Below are positions 7,863 to 17,560 of a stretch of DNA of 20,146 nucleotides, piece after piece. The number at the start of each line of letters is the position of its first letter. Position 1 is the stretch's first letter. The notes under the pieces were generated by a model. It worked only from the letters and a program-made list of their open reading frames with translations. It had not been told where the DNA came from and did no database searches. Source of the stretch: Fidelibacterota bacterium (GTDB taxonomy: Bacteria; Fidelibacterota; Marinisomatia; Marinisomatales; TCS56); NCBI GenBank assembly GCA_043822705.1, contig JBDRBK010000090.1, positions 1-20,146 of the forward strand. The letters run 5' to 3'. The position numbers were made by a program, and so were the translations under genes.

Positions 7863-9806
7863 ATGTCCAACAACAGTCTGCCCGAAATTACGCTGAAAGC
7901 GCTGATTCTGGGAATTGTCCTGGCGGTGATCCTGGCTGGTGCCAACGCCTATCTGGGACTGTTCGCCGGTATGACCGTTTCGGCCTCGATTCCCGCCGCT
8001 GTCATCTCAATGGGGGTCTTGAAATTGTTCAAGCGCTCGAACATCCTGGAGAATAATATCGTTCAGACTGCCGCCTCGGCCGGCGAATCGCTGGCTGCCG
8101 GCGTGATATTTACAATCCCCTCCCTGATACTGATGAATTACTGGGATAATTTCGGCTTTCAGCAGTACTGGACAATAACCGGTATCGCCGCCACCGGCGG
8201 ATTGATCGGCGTTCTGTTTACAATTCCGCTGCGCCGGGCTTTGATTATTGAAGAGAAACTCCAGTTTCCGGAAGGTATCGCCACCGCCGAAGTGCTGGCC
8301 ACCGGCGAATCCGGGGCCACCGGATTGAAATACCTGGTCCAGGCTGGTCTGCTGGGCGCCTTTTTCAAGATCGCCGGTGAGTCGGCCATGGTCCTGTGGC
8401 AGGATATCATGACTGCCACCAGGCGCGTAGGCGATTCCTTCGCCAGTTTCCAGCTCAATCTTTCGCCGGCCCTGGTTTCAGTCGGCTACATCGTCGGTTT
8501 GAACATATCGATCCTGGTTTTCAGCGGCGGTGTGATCGGCCGCTGGATTTTCCTGCCGTTGCTGGCGCCGGGATATATCGACCAGATTCCCGCCACCGAA
8601 CTGGCCAATGCCGCCGATGCGGTAAACTGGCTGCATAACAACGTTATCAAATATATCGGCGTGGGAGCAATGATTGTCGGCGGTCTCTGGGCGCTGATCA
8701 GCCTGCGCGGATCGCTGGGACGCGGGATCAGATCCAGTCTGGATGCTTACGAAAAAAAGAAGTCCGGTGGCGCGGTGCAGATCGAACGGACGGAGATGGA
8801 TATTCCGATCAAATGGGTTGGCATCGCCGTGCTGGTGTCGGTCATTCCGATTTTCGCGATTTACCTGACGGTAGTCCACAATGTGGCCCTGACCGCTTTC
8901 ATGGCGGTCATCATGCTGATCGCCGGCTTCCTGTTCTCGGCCGTGGCCGCCTATATGGCCGGTCTGGTGGGATCGTCCAATAACCCCATCTCGGGCGTGA
9001 CCATCGCCACTGTTTTGTCTTCTTCTTTACTGCTGTTCATTCTGTACAAATTCGGGGTGAATGTGGGACCAGCAGCCGCAATTTTCATCGGCGCCGTAGT
9101 CTGTTGCGCGGCAGCCATCGGCGGCGATAACCTGCAGGATTTGAAGACCGGTCAGATCGTCGGCGCTACTCCCTGGAAACAGCAGATCATGCAGGCTGTC
9201 GGCGTCATTGCCGGTTCATTCGTAATGATGCCGGTTCTGTGGATGTTGCACAAGAAATACGGCATCGGCGGCGATGCCCACCTGCCGCTGGAATTGCAGG
9301 GCCATGCCCTGGAAGCGCCGCAGGCCAACCTGATGGCCAATATCGCCCGCGGCGTATTTAATCAGGATCTGCCCTGGAATCTGATCATCATGGGAGCCAT
9401 CCTGGCGATCGTCATTATCGCCGTTGATAAACATCTGCAACGGGCGGGCTCGACCTTCCGCACGCCGATACTGGCGGTGGCCGTCGGCACCTACCTGCCT
9501 TTCCATTTATCCACGCCGATCTTCATCGGCGGGTTGCTTTCCTATCTCACGATCGGCAAGGTATCGCCCAGCGGCAAAGACGACATCAATCAGAAAGGTT
9601 TGCTGATCGCCTCCGGCCTGATCACCGGCGAAGCACTGATCGGTATTCTGCTGGCGGTCCCGCTGATGCTGAACGAATTGTTAGGCTGGTCCCTGCCCAC
9701 CAATTACGCCGTTTTCGCCGAGGCACCGCTGCATTACTGGCCCGGACTGGCCGTTCTGGGCGGCATCTGTTTCTGGATTTACCGTATAGCAGGGAATAAG
9801 AAATGA
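7863..9806 (+). CDS. OPT-family (YSL-like) oligopeptide transporter
   Basis: EITLKALILG, ANAYLGLFAGMTVSASIPAAVISM, ENNIVQTAASAGESLAAGVIFTIP, FPEGIATAEVL, GSSNNPISG, DNLQDLKTGQIVGATPWKQQ, APQA, ASGLITGEAL. Many TM helices and a strong RBS. Confidence 0.95.
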   Translation: MSNNSLPEITLKALILGIVLAVILAGANAYLGLFAGMTVSASIPAAVISMGVLKLFKRSNILENNIVQTAASAGESLAAGVIFTIPSLILMNYWDNFGFQQYWTITGIAATGGLIGVLFTIPLRRALIIEEKLQFPEGIATAEVLATGESGATGLKYLVQAGLLGAFFKIAGESAMVLWQDIMTATRRVGDSFASFQLNLSPALVSVGYIVGLNISILVFSGGVIGRWIFLPLLAPGYIDQIPATELANAADAVNWLHNNVIKYIGVGAMIVGGLWALISLRGSLGRGIRSSLDAYEKKKSGGAVQIERTEMDIPIKWVGIAVLVSVIPIFAIYLTVVHNVALTAFMAVIMLIAGFLFSAVAAYMAGLVGSSNNPISGVTIATVLSSSLLLFILYKFGVNVGPAAAIFIGAVVCCAAAIGGDNLQDLKTGQIVGATPWKQQIMQAVGVIAGSFVMMPVLWMLHKKYGIGGDAHLPLELQGHALEAPQANLMANIARGVFNQDLPWNLIIMGAILAIVIIAVDKHLQRAGSTFRTPILAVAVGTYLPFHLSTPIFIGGLLSYLTIGKVSPSGKDDINQKGLLIASGLITGEALIGILLAVPLMLNELLGWSLPTNYAVFAEAPLHYWPGLAVLGGICFWIYRIAGNKK

Positions 9807-10870
9807 GCCTCGACCCCGATCTATTGAAACGCCTGCCCAAGGTGGAACTGCACTGCCATCTGGATGGCAGTCTGCGTATTCCGACGATCCTGGACCTGGC
9901 GCGTCGCGACAAGGTCAATCTGCCCACTAATGATCCGCTGGAGTTGCGGAAAATCATGCAACCGCCGGGACGCTTTAAATCGTTGAATGAATATCTGGAA
10001 CTGTTCGAGATAACGCTGAGCGTCCTGCAGACGCCCAAAAGCCTGGAACGGGTGGCCTACGAATTGATCGAGGATGTGGCCGAGGAAAACGTTCGCTATA
10101 TCGAAGTGCGGTATTCCCCGATACTACATTGCGAACGGGGTATGCTGCCGGAGGAATCGGTGCGTGCGGTCCAGAAGGGTCTGCGGCGCGCCGAGAAGGA
10201 TTTCGGCGTCAAATCCGGAATCATCGTCTGCGGCATTCGCAATATATCACCGGAAAAATCGCTGAAGCTGGCCGATCTGACGGTCCATTTCAAAAACAAG
10301 GGGGTCGTTGGTTTCGATCTGGCCGGGGCCGAGGAAAATTTCCCGGCCAAGGACCATCGTGAGGCGTTCTATCTGATTCTGAACAATAACATCAACGCCA
10401 CGATTCATGCCGGCGAGGCGTTCGGTCCGGCTTCGATCCACCAGGCCCTGCACTACTGCGGGGCCCACCGGATCGGCCACGGTACCCGTCTGAAAGAAGA
10501 TCGCGACCTGATGAACTATGTCAACGATCACCGGATCACGCTCGAGATTTGCCTGACCTCCAATTATCAGACCCAGTCGGTCAAATCGATGAAATACCAC
10601 CCCGTACGTTACTACTACGATCAAGGGCTGCGGATCACGCTCAACACCGACAACCGATTGATGTCCAATACGACCCTGACCAACGAATTCATCATCGCCA
10701 ACAAGCATTTCGGATTCAGTCGCTATGATTTCCGGGAACTGACGATCACGGCCATGAAAAGTGCCTTTTTGCCCTATGCCGAGCGTAAAAAAATGATTCG
10801 CAGTATCGCCGACGAGCTGGAGGGCAATTTCGGGCTAATGCCGGAGTTCATCGAACCGCCGAAAAGCTGA
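9803..10870 (+). CDS. add: Adenosine deaminase
   Basis: LPKVELHCHLDGS (metal HxH), YIEVRYSP, GFDLAGAE, TIHAGEA, RIGHG, LEICLTSN, NTDN. ATGA overlap with the OPT stop. Confidence 0.93.
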   Translation: MSLDPDLLKRLPKVELHCHLDGSLRIPTILDLARRDKVNLPTNDPLELRKIMQPPGRFKSLNEYLELFEITLSVLQTPKSLERVAYELIEDVAEENVRYIEVRYSPILHCERGMLPEESVRAVQKGLRRAEKDFGVKSGIIVCGIRNISPEKSLKLADLTVHFKNKGVVGFDLAGAEENFPAKDHREAFYLILNNNINATIHAGEAFGPASIHQALHYCGAHRIGHGTRLKEDRDLMNYVNDHRITLEICLTSNYQTQSVKSMKYHPVRYYYDQGLRITLNTDNRLMSNTTLTNEFIIANKHFGFSRYDFRELTITAMKSAFLPYAERKKMIRSIADELEGNFGLMPEFIEPPKS

Positions 10871-10881
10871 CAACCCAATCA

Positions 10882-11655
10882 TTGAAAATTGGAATCAATC
10901 CGTATCAGGCAGGAAAGCGGTTTGTCCGACTAATCCTGCCTGATAAGTTTTTAATAATACTGACTCCACTACTGCGCCGTATTCTTAGATTTCTGTACTG
11001 GGGAAACCGGCATCAATGCCCCTGCTGTCGGTCAGCATTAAGGACTTTTGCCGAAACCGGAGAAATTTGTCCAGTCTGCGGCAGTGGCCGCCGGCAACGC
11101 CTGTAGTGGTTGTTCCTGGAACGTAAAACCGGTTTCTTTCACAGCAGTGCCGACGTTCTCGATATCGCTCCAATGCAATTTTTCCAAGATTATTGCCGGC
11201 GACACACTAATCTGAAGTACCTCAGCGCCGATCTAAGCTCGCCACTGGCAATGGATCATGTGGATCTGACGCAGGCACCCTATTCGAATAATCAATTCGA
11301 TTTGATACTATGCTCGCACGTGTTGGAACATATACCGGATGACCGGGCGGCGCTGGCTGAATTATGGCGAATTCTGACACCGGGTGGGCAGATCTTGATC
11401 CAGGTTCCTTTACATGGTAGTCAAACACTCGAAGATCCGTCGATCGTCAGTATGGAAGACCGGGAATTGCATTTCGGTCAGCGCGATCATGTGCGAGTTT
11501 ATGGACCAGATATCACCGACCGCCTGACGGCCACCGGGTTTCATCTGCGGATAATTGCCGGCACTGCCTTTCTGACAGCCGCGGAAATGAAACTTTATGG
11601 TATCGATGCCGGGGAAGTGCTGTTCGCCTGTGAAAAACCGTCGGTGAGGGGATAA
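10882..11655 (+). pseudogene. Class I SAM-dependent methyltransferase with N-terminal Cys-pair (Zn-ribbon-like) region, interrupted by in-frame TAG at 11104-11106
   Basis: ORFs 10882-11106 and 11110-11655 are in the same frame (…CPVCGSGRRQRL*WLFLERK…). The downstream part has VLDIAP, YLSADL, FDLILCSHVLEHIPDD, RILTPGG, HFGQRDHVRVYG. Joined length 257 aa. Confidence 0.82.
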
Positions 11656-11658
11656 AAG

Positions 11659-14007
11659 TTATTCGCGGATGACGGTTATTTTCGTGAACGCGGCGGCATC
11701 AGTACTCGAATAGACGGCAATTAGATACACTCCGCTAACGACCAATTTTCCGTCTTTGTCGCGCCCATCCCAGAAAGCTTGGTCACCATGAATTTCGGCG
11801 TCATTAAAGTCAATGGCCCGAATGACCTGCCCGTCTATTTTCATAATTTTTACGGCACTGCCGTCCTTCAATCCTGCGATGGCCAGTGGAGTATCGCCAG
11901 GAACATGATAGGGACTGGGAAATACCTTTAGTCCGGAATAACTTTTCCGGGAAGCGGCAAACGGCACTCGCAACGAGTTGATCCCCCGACCCGTGGCGAT
12001 GTAAGCCAGACCGGACCGGTCATCAAACACCAGATCGGTGACTTCGTCGGCCAGCAGATCGGAATTAGCAAAACGGAAACCGTCCGGGTCGGGCCAGTAA
12101 GTACCGTTTTCCAACAATACATGAATGCCCTGCGACGGTGAGAGAGCCCAGACATTGTTGCGGGCATCCAGACGCACTTCGGCCCCGACACCGAAGGAAA
12201 TATTCGGGAAATAAGTGACCGTTTCGCGGGCCACCGGCTGATTGCCGGAATTCTGCAGATACAGACCGGTCAGTCCCTGGGGTGTCAGAATATACAGCAA
12301 ATCCTGTGGCGTTACGATTGTCGACCAGACGCTGACAGCGGATTTAACAGCTGTCCAACTGATCGCGTCCGGGTTGACCGGATCGCCGCTGTACTGGAGC
12401 ATTGCCAGACCACCGTTGGTCATATCGGCCGGATTTTCACTCCACTGTTCCGAACCAATCCAAACCCGTTGCCAGCGATCGATAGTCACCGATCCCGGTG
12501 CGCCGGCCAGGGGATTGGCGGCAGTCGCCTGAAAATGCCCCCAGTCGCCCTGACTGTCACGCACATGCAGCGTCTGGCGCCTGGTGGTGGAATAAGTATC
12601 GGCTACCCAAAGATTGCCTACGGCATCGAATTCCAGATCCTTTACCACCATATATTCATCCTTGAAATAGTCCAGGACGGCGGTGTCGATCAGGGTGTAA
12701 TTGGCCGGATCGTCGATATCGATGATTACAATTCCGCCTCCGTAGCGGCGGGGATAAGGATAGGTACCGCGAATACCGCAATAGACCAGTCCGTCCGGTC
12801 CCTGCTCCAGATCGGTGATGAAGGCGCCAAAATCCACGGGAATGGTATCGGCACAAAAATAGTTATAATCCCGTTGTAGGCTGATTGCTGTTGTATTGCT
12901 GTATTCGACAATATTGCGCCAGCCGTCAGGTTCCCTGATCGCCAGCCCGTACCGGGACCCGGCTACCACCCGGCCGTCGGTCAATAATGTAATTGCGGTG
13001 AATTCATTTGTCAGTGGCGCGTTGGGGATATAGCGCAGCAGTTGCGGCTGGTCACCGGATTGATCCAGCAGGGCAATCCCGGCCGGCGTACCTACGGCGA
13101 CGCCGCCATCAGCCAGCGGCAGCAGGTTGCTATAGTTATAATCATCGCTGAACTGCCATTCCTTGGCGTCGTCACTGAGTTTGATGAAGGTCTTGGCCAG
13201 AATCCCCCAGCAGGCGCCGTCAGCAGTCCGGATGACATCCAGGAACTGGTAGGAATTGGCGAAATAATCCCAGACCCAGCTGATCGTTGAGTCCGTGAAA
13301 TTTAACAGGTAGACGATTTTTTCATTGAGCAGCAACAGTTGTTCACCGTACTGATGGAAAGACCGGATATTTCCGGTAAGTTCCGGGAAAGGCCGTTCCC
13401 AACTGGCGGGATCCTTGAGATTGTTCAGACGCCAATTGTTGCTCCACAGACCGGCATCGGTGGCGACCAGGACTGAATTACCGACGATAGCGACGCCACT
13501 GATCCGACCCAGCGCCACCGGCCAGTTTCGATAAACATCCCGATATTTATACTGTCCGTCACGATAGATAAATTCGATCAGGCCCCAATCCTGATTCTGG
13601 CGAAAGGCGCCGAAGACGATCGAATCGCTGCAGGCAAAGGCGGTAATCTCGGACAAATTATAATCGAAACTGACCAGACTGGCGGAATGGGCCAGATCGT
13701 AGATTTCAATCACTCCCAAAGGTGCCGCACCGCCCAACCAGACCTGACTATAAGGATCGACGCACAGAGCGTTAAGACTGGTAGCCGTCAGACCCTGAAT
13801 ATTGGTGCAAACGGAAAATTGTTTACCGGTACGTTCAAAAATCAGCAAACCACCATCGGTAGCGGCTAGGATCGTGTCGCCCAGTTCCGTCATCGCCCGG
13901 ATGTTCAGGGGTGAAGTGAACGAATCCCACTGCCCAACCCGCACTTGGGCGAACAGTCCGCCGAGCAGAATCAGACTGTAGATTAAATGGCGAATTTTTA
14001 TTATCAT
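11659..14007 (-). CDS. porZ: PorZ-like protein (beta-propeller repeats + C-terminal T9SS-CTD/FlgD-Ig-like domain)
   Basis: Signal peptide, then GQWDSFTS…ILAATDGGL. Repeated propeller blades (DLEFDAVGNLWV, IDRWQRVWIG, LDARNNVW, VTDLVFDDRSGLAYIATGRGI). C-terminus KVFPSPY…VKIMKIDGQVIR…WDGRDKDGKLVVSGVYLI…KITVIRE. ATG 14007 overlaps the upstream TGA (ATGA); the ORF track gives 14031. Confidence 0.72.
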   Translation of the reverse strand: MIIKIRHLIYSLILLGGLFAQVRVGQWDSFTSPLNIRAMTELGDTILAATDGGLLIFERTGKQFSVCTNIQGLTATSLNALCVDPYSQVWLGGAAPLGVIEIYDLAHSASLVSFDYNLSEITAFACSDSIVFGAFRQNQDWGLIEFIYRDGQYKYRDVYRNWPVALGRISGVAIVGNSVLVATDAGLWSNNWRLNNLKDPASWERPFPELTGNIRSFHQYGEQLLLLNEKIVYLLNFTDSTISWVWDYFANSYQFLDVIRTADGACWGILAKTFIKLSDDAKEWQFSDDYNYSNLLPLADGGVAVGTPAGIALLDQSGDQPQLLRYIPNAPLTNEFTAITLLTDGRVVAGSRYGLAIREPDGWRNIVEYSNTTAISLQRDYNYFCADTIPVDFGAFITDLEQGPDGLVYCGIRGTYPYPRRYGGGIVIIDIDDPANYTLIDTAVLDYFKDEYMVVKDLEFDAVGNLWVADTYSTTRRQTLHVRDSQGDWGHFQATAANPLAGAPGSVTIDRWQRVWIGSEQWSENPADMTNGGLAMLQYSGDPVNPDAISWTAVKSAVSVWSTIVTPQDLLYILTPQGLTGLYLQNSGNQPVARETVTYFPNISFGVGAEVRLDARNNVWALSPSQGIHVLLENGTYWPDPDGFRFANSDLLADEVTDLVFDDRSGLAYIATGRGINSLRVPFAASRKSYSGLKVFPSPYHVPGDTPLAIAGLKDGSAVKIMKIDGQVIRAIDFNDAEIHGDQAFWDGRDKDGKLVVSGVYLIAVYSSTDAAAFTKITVIRE

Positions 14008-15062
14008 TTGAATGGAACCGGCGTGAAACATAGAATAAAAATCACCAGAGTGGCAAATCCAATCAGCCGGTCGCGGCGGCCGAGCGGCGTGCCGATATCC
14101 ATGATCGGCGGGTGTTTAGCCGTGCGCATCAGCACCAGAATCAAAATCCCCCAGAACAGCCAGTTCAGGCTCAGAATGCTCAGCGGCAGCAACGACAGCA
14201 ACGCCGCCCAGGCCAGCCGATTGTGTTTCTCCCCCAGAATGACATAGGCGATGTGCCCGCCATCCAGTTGCCCGATAGGCAGCAGGTTCAGCATCGTTAC
14301 CAGAAGACCGATCCAGCCGGCAAACGCAATCGGGTGCAGCATAATATCCTGGTTTTCCGCCAGCCCGGGGTGGGTCAGTGCGATCAGCAATTTCATCAAC
14401 AGTGAATCACCAAGGATGAAGCCGGCGAGAGCATCGGTTGTGGTCACCACCTGGGATTTGATCAGCCCGACAACCAGAGCCGGTACGGCAACCATAAAAC
14501 CGGCGATTGGTCCCGCCGCCCCGATCTGCAACAGGGCGTCGCGGCGGTAAATCGGCGACTTGATCTTGATGAAAGCACCGAATGTGCCGATCAGCGTCGG
14601 GGCCGGAATGAAATACGGCAAGGTGGCATCCACCCGGTGTTTGCGGGCGAAATAATAATGGCCGAACTCGTGGAAGCCCAGGATCATCAGCAGTGTAAAG
14701 GAAAACGGCAGGCCCTGCCAAAGATCGGCGGGATTGGTCAACGGGTTACCGCCGGCCATCAGGGCACCGGCCAGCAGGGTGGTAAGCCCGGTCAGCAGAA
14801 ACAGCACCAGGTTGATCCGCGGGATTATGGGCAGCCGCAGCAAAATTTTCCGATCCCGGGCGGTCAACCGGACATCGTCTCCATCTTCCTGCAACTCGAA
14901 ATCAAAATCCGTCGTTTTCAGCAATTGTTCGATCCGGGAGCGATCGGCGTCGTTCCGGTAAGTGCCGACGGCAATCCAGTCACCGTCAGCCGATCCGATT
15001 TTCCGGGGAAAAAACCAGTCGTCGATCCGGTTCAATAATTGAATGAATTCCTGTTCGGTCAT
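14004..15062 (-). CDS. Site-2 protease family (M50) intramembrane zinc metalloprotease
   Basis: HEFGH zinc motif, LPYFIPAP, GTFGAFI, IGAAGPIAG, HPIAFAGWIG, NLLPIGQLDGGH. Multiple TM segments. Confidence 0.93.
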   Translation of the reverse strand: MTEQEFIQLLNRIDDWFFPRKIGSADGDWIAVGTYRNDADRSRIEQLLKTTDFDFELQEDGDDVRLTARDRKILLRLPIIPRINLVLFLLTGLTTLLAGALMAGGNPLTNPADLWQGLPFSFTLLMILGFHEFGHYYFARKHRVDATLPYFIPAPTLIGTFGAFIKIKSPIYRRDALLQIGAAGPIAGFMVAVPALVVGLIKSQVVTTTDALAGFILGDSLLMKLLIALTHPGLAENQDIMLHPIAFAGWIGLLVTMLNLLPIGQLDGGHIAYVILGEKHNRLAWAALLSLLPLSILSLNWLFWGILILVLMRTAKHPPIMDIGTPLGRRDRLIGFATLVIFILCFTPVPFK

Positions 15063-15165
15063 AATACTGTCATTGTACCTTCAGCGGCGGTCAATGTTTC
15101 CCGCCGATATTGTTAACCGTACGGTTTTAGCTTTTTTTATACCGTCAAGATTACGAATTTCTTTC

Positions 15166-15564
15166 ATGAAGAAAATCCTACTTCTTGGACTGCTGGCAAT
15201 CCTGACTGCCGGAGCGGGTGTGCCGGATTTTGAAATCGAGACCCGGGTCCGGGTCATTAACGAAAAAACCGTCGAGGTGATTGTACAGGTCGATAATAAT
15301 ACGATGCTGACCGTGGCCGCCCTGGAAGGTTTCGTTACCATCCTTGATGGTGAATTGCGCCGGGTCGACGATCAGCGCCTGGTGTTGTTGAAACCGTATG
15401 AGAAGAATGTTGCTCCCAACGAGCGCATCACCCGCAGTCTGAATTTCCCCTATGATCCCCGGGTTTCCCGCAGTTATAAATTTCATATCGCCAAGATTCA
15501 ATTCACCGGTGATTACCGCATCTATACCTGGCACCCAGCCGGCGGCTTGATTCGAATCGATTAA
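15166..15564 (+). CDS. Hypothetical exported protein (132 aa), beta-rich
   Basis: MKKILLLGLLAILTAGAG signal peptide from ATG 15166. The longer 15043 start overlaps the divergent protease start and is unlikely. Confidence 0.75.
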   Translation: MKKILLLGLLAILTAGAGVPDFEIETRVRVINEKTVEVIVQVDNNTMLTVAALEGFVTILDGELRRVDDQRLVLLKPYEKNVAPNERITRSLNFPYDPRVSRSYKFHIAKIQFTGDYRIYTWHPAGGLIRID

Positions 15565-15594
15565 CGGTACGCCGCCACTGCACACCGGTACGGT

Positions 15595-16104
15595 TTATTC
15601 TTTCCGGTTCAGGCTTTTGGTCACCTTGGCGTCCAGGACTTCCTGCCACTCCTGATCATTAATTTTCAGCATTAGATCGTTGATCCAGAATTTACTCTGG
15701 CGGATATATTCGTCGATGATCGTCAGCGGCAGTTGCTCGGCGTACATCGTTGCGATAATCACCGCCGAGGGCACGGGAACATAGACCTGCAACGGATCGG
15801 CATAAAAATTATCGATTGCCCGGACCAGCTCGCGGGTCGACAGATAATCGACCGTCTCGGCGAACAGGCTGTCGGCGAACTCTGCCTGCGCAGCCCAGGC
15901 TTTCAAATAGTAGAACAGCCGGCCGTCCAGCACGCCATTCAGATAGGCGGCCTTGATCTGGTAAGCCAGTTCGGGATTGTTCCCGGCCCGTGTGTCGGCC
16001 CGCTTCCAGTCGCCGCCGTCCCAGAATATCCGGTTCGACTGCGCCGCCAAAGGCAGTAAGAGCGACCAAACAAGCAATAATTGGACTACTGAATAACGTT
16101 TCAT
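15595..16104 (-). CDS. Hypothetical exported protein (169 aa), helical
   Basis: MKRYSVVQLLLVWSLLLPLAA signal peptide. ATG 16104 overlaps the TGA of the upstream dehydrogenase (ATGA). Confidence 0.78.
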   Translation of the reverse strand: MKRYSVVQLLLVWSLLLPLAAQSNRIFWDGGDWKRADTRAGNNPELAYQIKAAYLNGVLDGRLFYYLKAWAAQAEFADSLFAETVDYLSTRELVRAIDNFYADPLQVYVPVPSAVIIATMYAEQLPLTIIDEYIRQSKFWINDLMLKINDQEWQEVLDAKVTKSLNRKE

Positions 16105-17465
16105 TTCACGCACACTGTTTTAATATTAACAAATTCCCGGATACCCTGGCGGCCCAGCTCGCGGCCGTAGCCGGACATTTTAATGCCGCCGAAAGGCAAA
16201 CGCGGATCGGAACGTACGAAATCATTCACGAAACAGCAACCGGCAGTCAGCAAATCCTCGGCGATTTTCCGGCCGCGTTCCACGTCCCTGGTGAAAACCG
16301 CCGCCCCCAGCCCGAAATCAGAACGATTGGCCAGTTCCAGCGCCGCATTTTCATCCTCGGCGACACAGACGGCCGCCACCGGACCGAATAATTCCTCATC
16401 AAAGGCCGGTTGCCCGGGGCTCACGGCAGTCAGTACAGTCGGCGGATAAAATGCTCCCGGTCCCGCTGGTATTTTTCCGCCTAACAACAAACGGGCGCCG
16501 GCGGCGATGCTGCCGTCGACCTGCCGCTGTAGTTCATTGCGCAGGTCAGGCCGAGCCAGCGGTCCCAGATCGACGGCCGTCAGTGGATTGCCGATTGTCT
16601 TCTCGCTCATTTTCGCCACTAACAATTTTTCAAATTCGGCCGCTACCGGCGCGACTACGATAAACCGTTTGGCGGCAATACAGCTCTGGCCGCCATTGAG
16701 CAGCCGGGCGAAAACGCAGGCTGTCGCCGCCTGCTCCAGATCGGCATCGGCCAGAATCAGATAGGGATCGCTGCCGCCTAACTCCAGCACGGTTTTTTTC
16801 AGTGCGGCACCCGCCCGCGTCGCCACAGCCTGTCCCGCGGGCGTGCTGCCGGTCAGCGTTACCGCCCGAACCAGCGGATGATCGATCACCGCCGCAACCT
16901 GCCCCGAGCCGATCAGTAATGTCCTGAACAGGTTTTCCGGAAAGCTGGCGTCGCGGAACAGTTCCTCGATCGCCAGGGCACAGCCGCTGACGTTGGAAGC
17001 ATGCTTCAGCAGCGCCCCGTTGCCGGCCATCAGTCCCGGCGCGGCAAACCGGAACACCTGCCAGAACGGAAAATTCCAGGGCATCACCGCCAGCACAACC
17101 CCCAACGGCCGGACTACCACCGCGCTGTGGCTCATTTCGGTCGGAATTATTTCCGGGGCCAGGAATTCTTCGGCCTTGGCGGCATAGTACTCACAGACCC
17201 AGGCGCATTTTTCCACTTCGGCGATGGCCTGGGTCAGCGGTTTGCCCATTTCTGTTGTAATCAGTCGTCCGAGTCGTTCCCGGTCCGCCCGCAGCAATTC
17301 CGCCAATCGGACCATACGGGCGGTCCGCTCCCTGAAAGCGGTGGTTTGCCAGCGGTCAGCGGCGGCGGCCACATTTGCTATCAGTGGCATCCATTCCGTC
17401 GGACTCATTTCCCGGTATTCGCCCAGCAGCGCGCCGGTGGCGGGATTGATCGATACTAACGGCAT
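16101..17465 (-). CDS. sad: NAD(P)-dependent succinate-semialdehyde dehydrogenase (Sad/GabD1-like aldehyde dehydrogenase)
   Basis: SINPATG, EMGKP, VMPWNFPFWQVFRF, LKHASNV, LTGS, LELGGSDP (catalytic Glu), GQSCIAAKR (catalytic Cys), EELFGPV, PFGGIKMSGYGRE. Confidence 0.88.
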   Translation of the reverse strand: MPLVSINPATGALLGEYREMSPTEWMPLIANVAAAADRWQTTAFRERTARMVRLAELLRADRERLGRLITTEMGKPLTQAIAEVEKCAWVCEYYAAKAEEFLAPEIIPTEMSHSAVVVRPLGVVLAVMPWNFPFWQVFRFAAPGLMAGNGALLKHASNVSGCALAIEELFRDASFPENLFRTLLIGSGQVAAVIDHPLVRAVTLTGSTPAGQAVATRAGAALKKTVLELGGSDPYLILADADLEQAATACVFARLLNGGQSCIAAKRFIVVAPVAAEFEKLLVAKMSEKTIGNPLTAVDLGPLARPDLRNELQRQVDGSIAAGARLLLGGKIPAGPGAFYPPTVLTAVSPGQPAFDEELFGPVAAVCVAEDENAALELANRSDFGLGAAVFTRDVERGRKIAEDLLTAGCCFVNDFVRSDPRLPFGGIKMSGYGRELGRQGIREFVNIKTVCVK

Positions 17466-17560
17466 CCTGATGACTCCGGGTGGAAATTTATTGCAGCCGG
17501 TTGATTTACGACAGACCGGGGAATTCGAACCATAACGGTGATGGTCGTCTGCCTGATTTG

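Noticed and set aside
11104..11106. Genome-wide TAG reassignment (alternative genetic code)
   Set aside because: TAG terminates the acyl-CoA synthetase and ptrB at expected positions, and no other gene here has an internal TAG.
17505..17545. GGTTCGAATTCCCC on the minus strand resembling a tRNA T-loop
   Set aside because: The flanks do not form a T-stem and there is no anticodon or acceptor arm.
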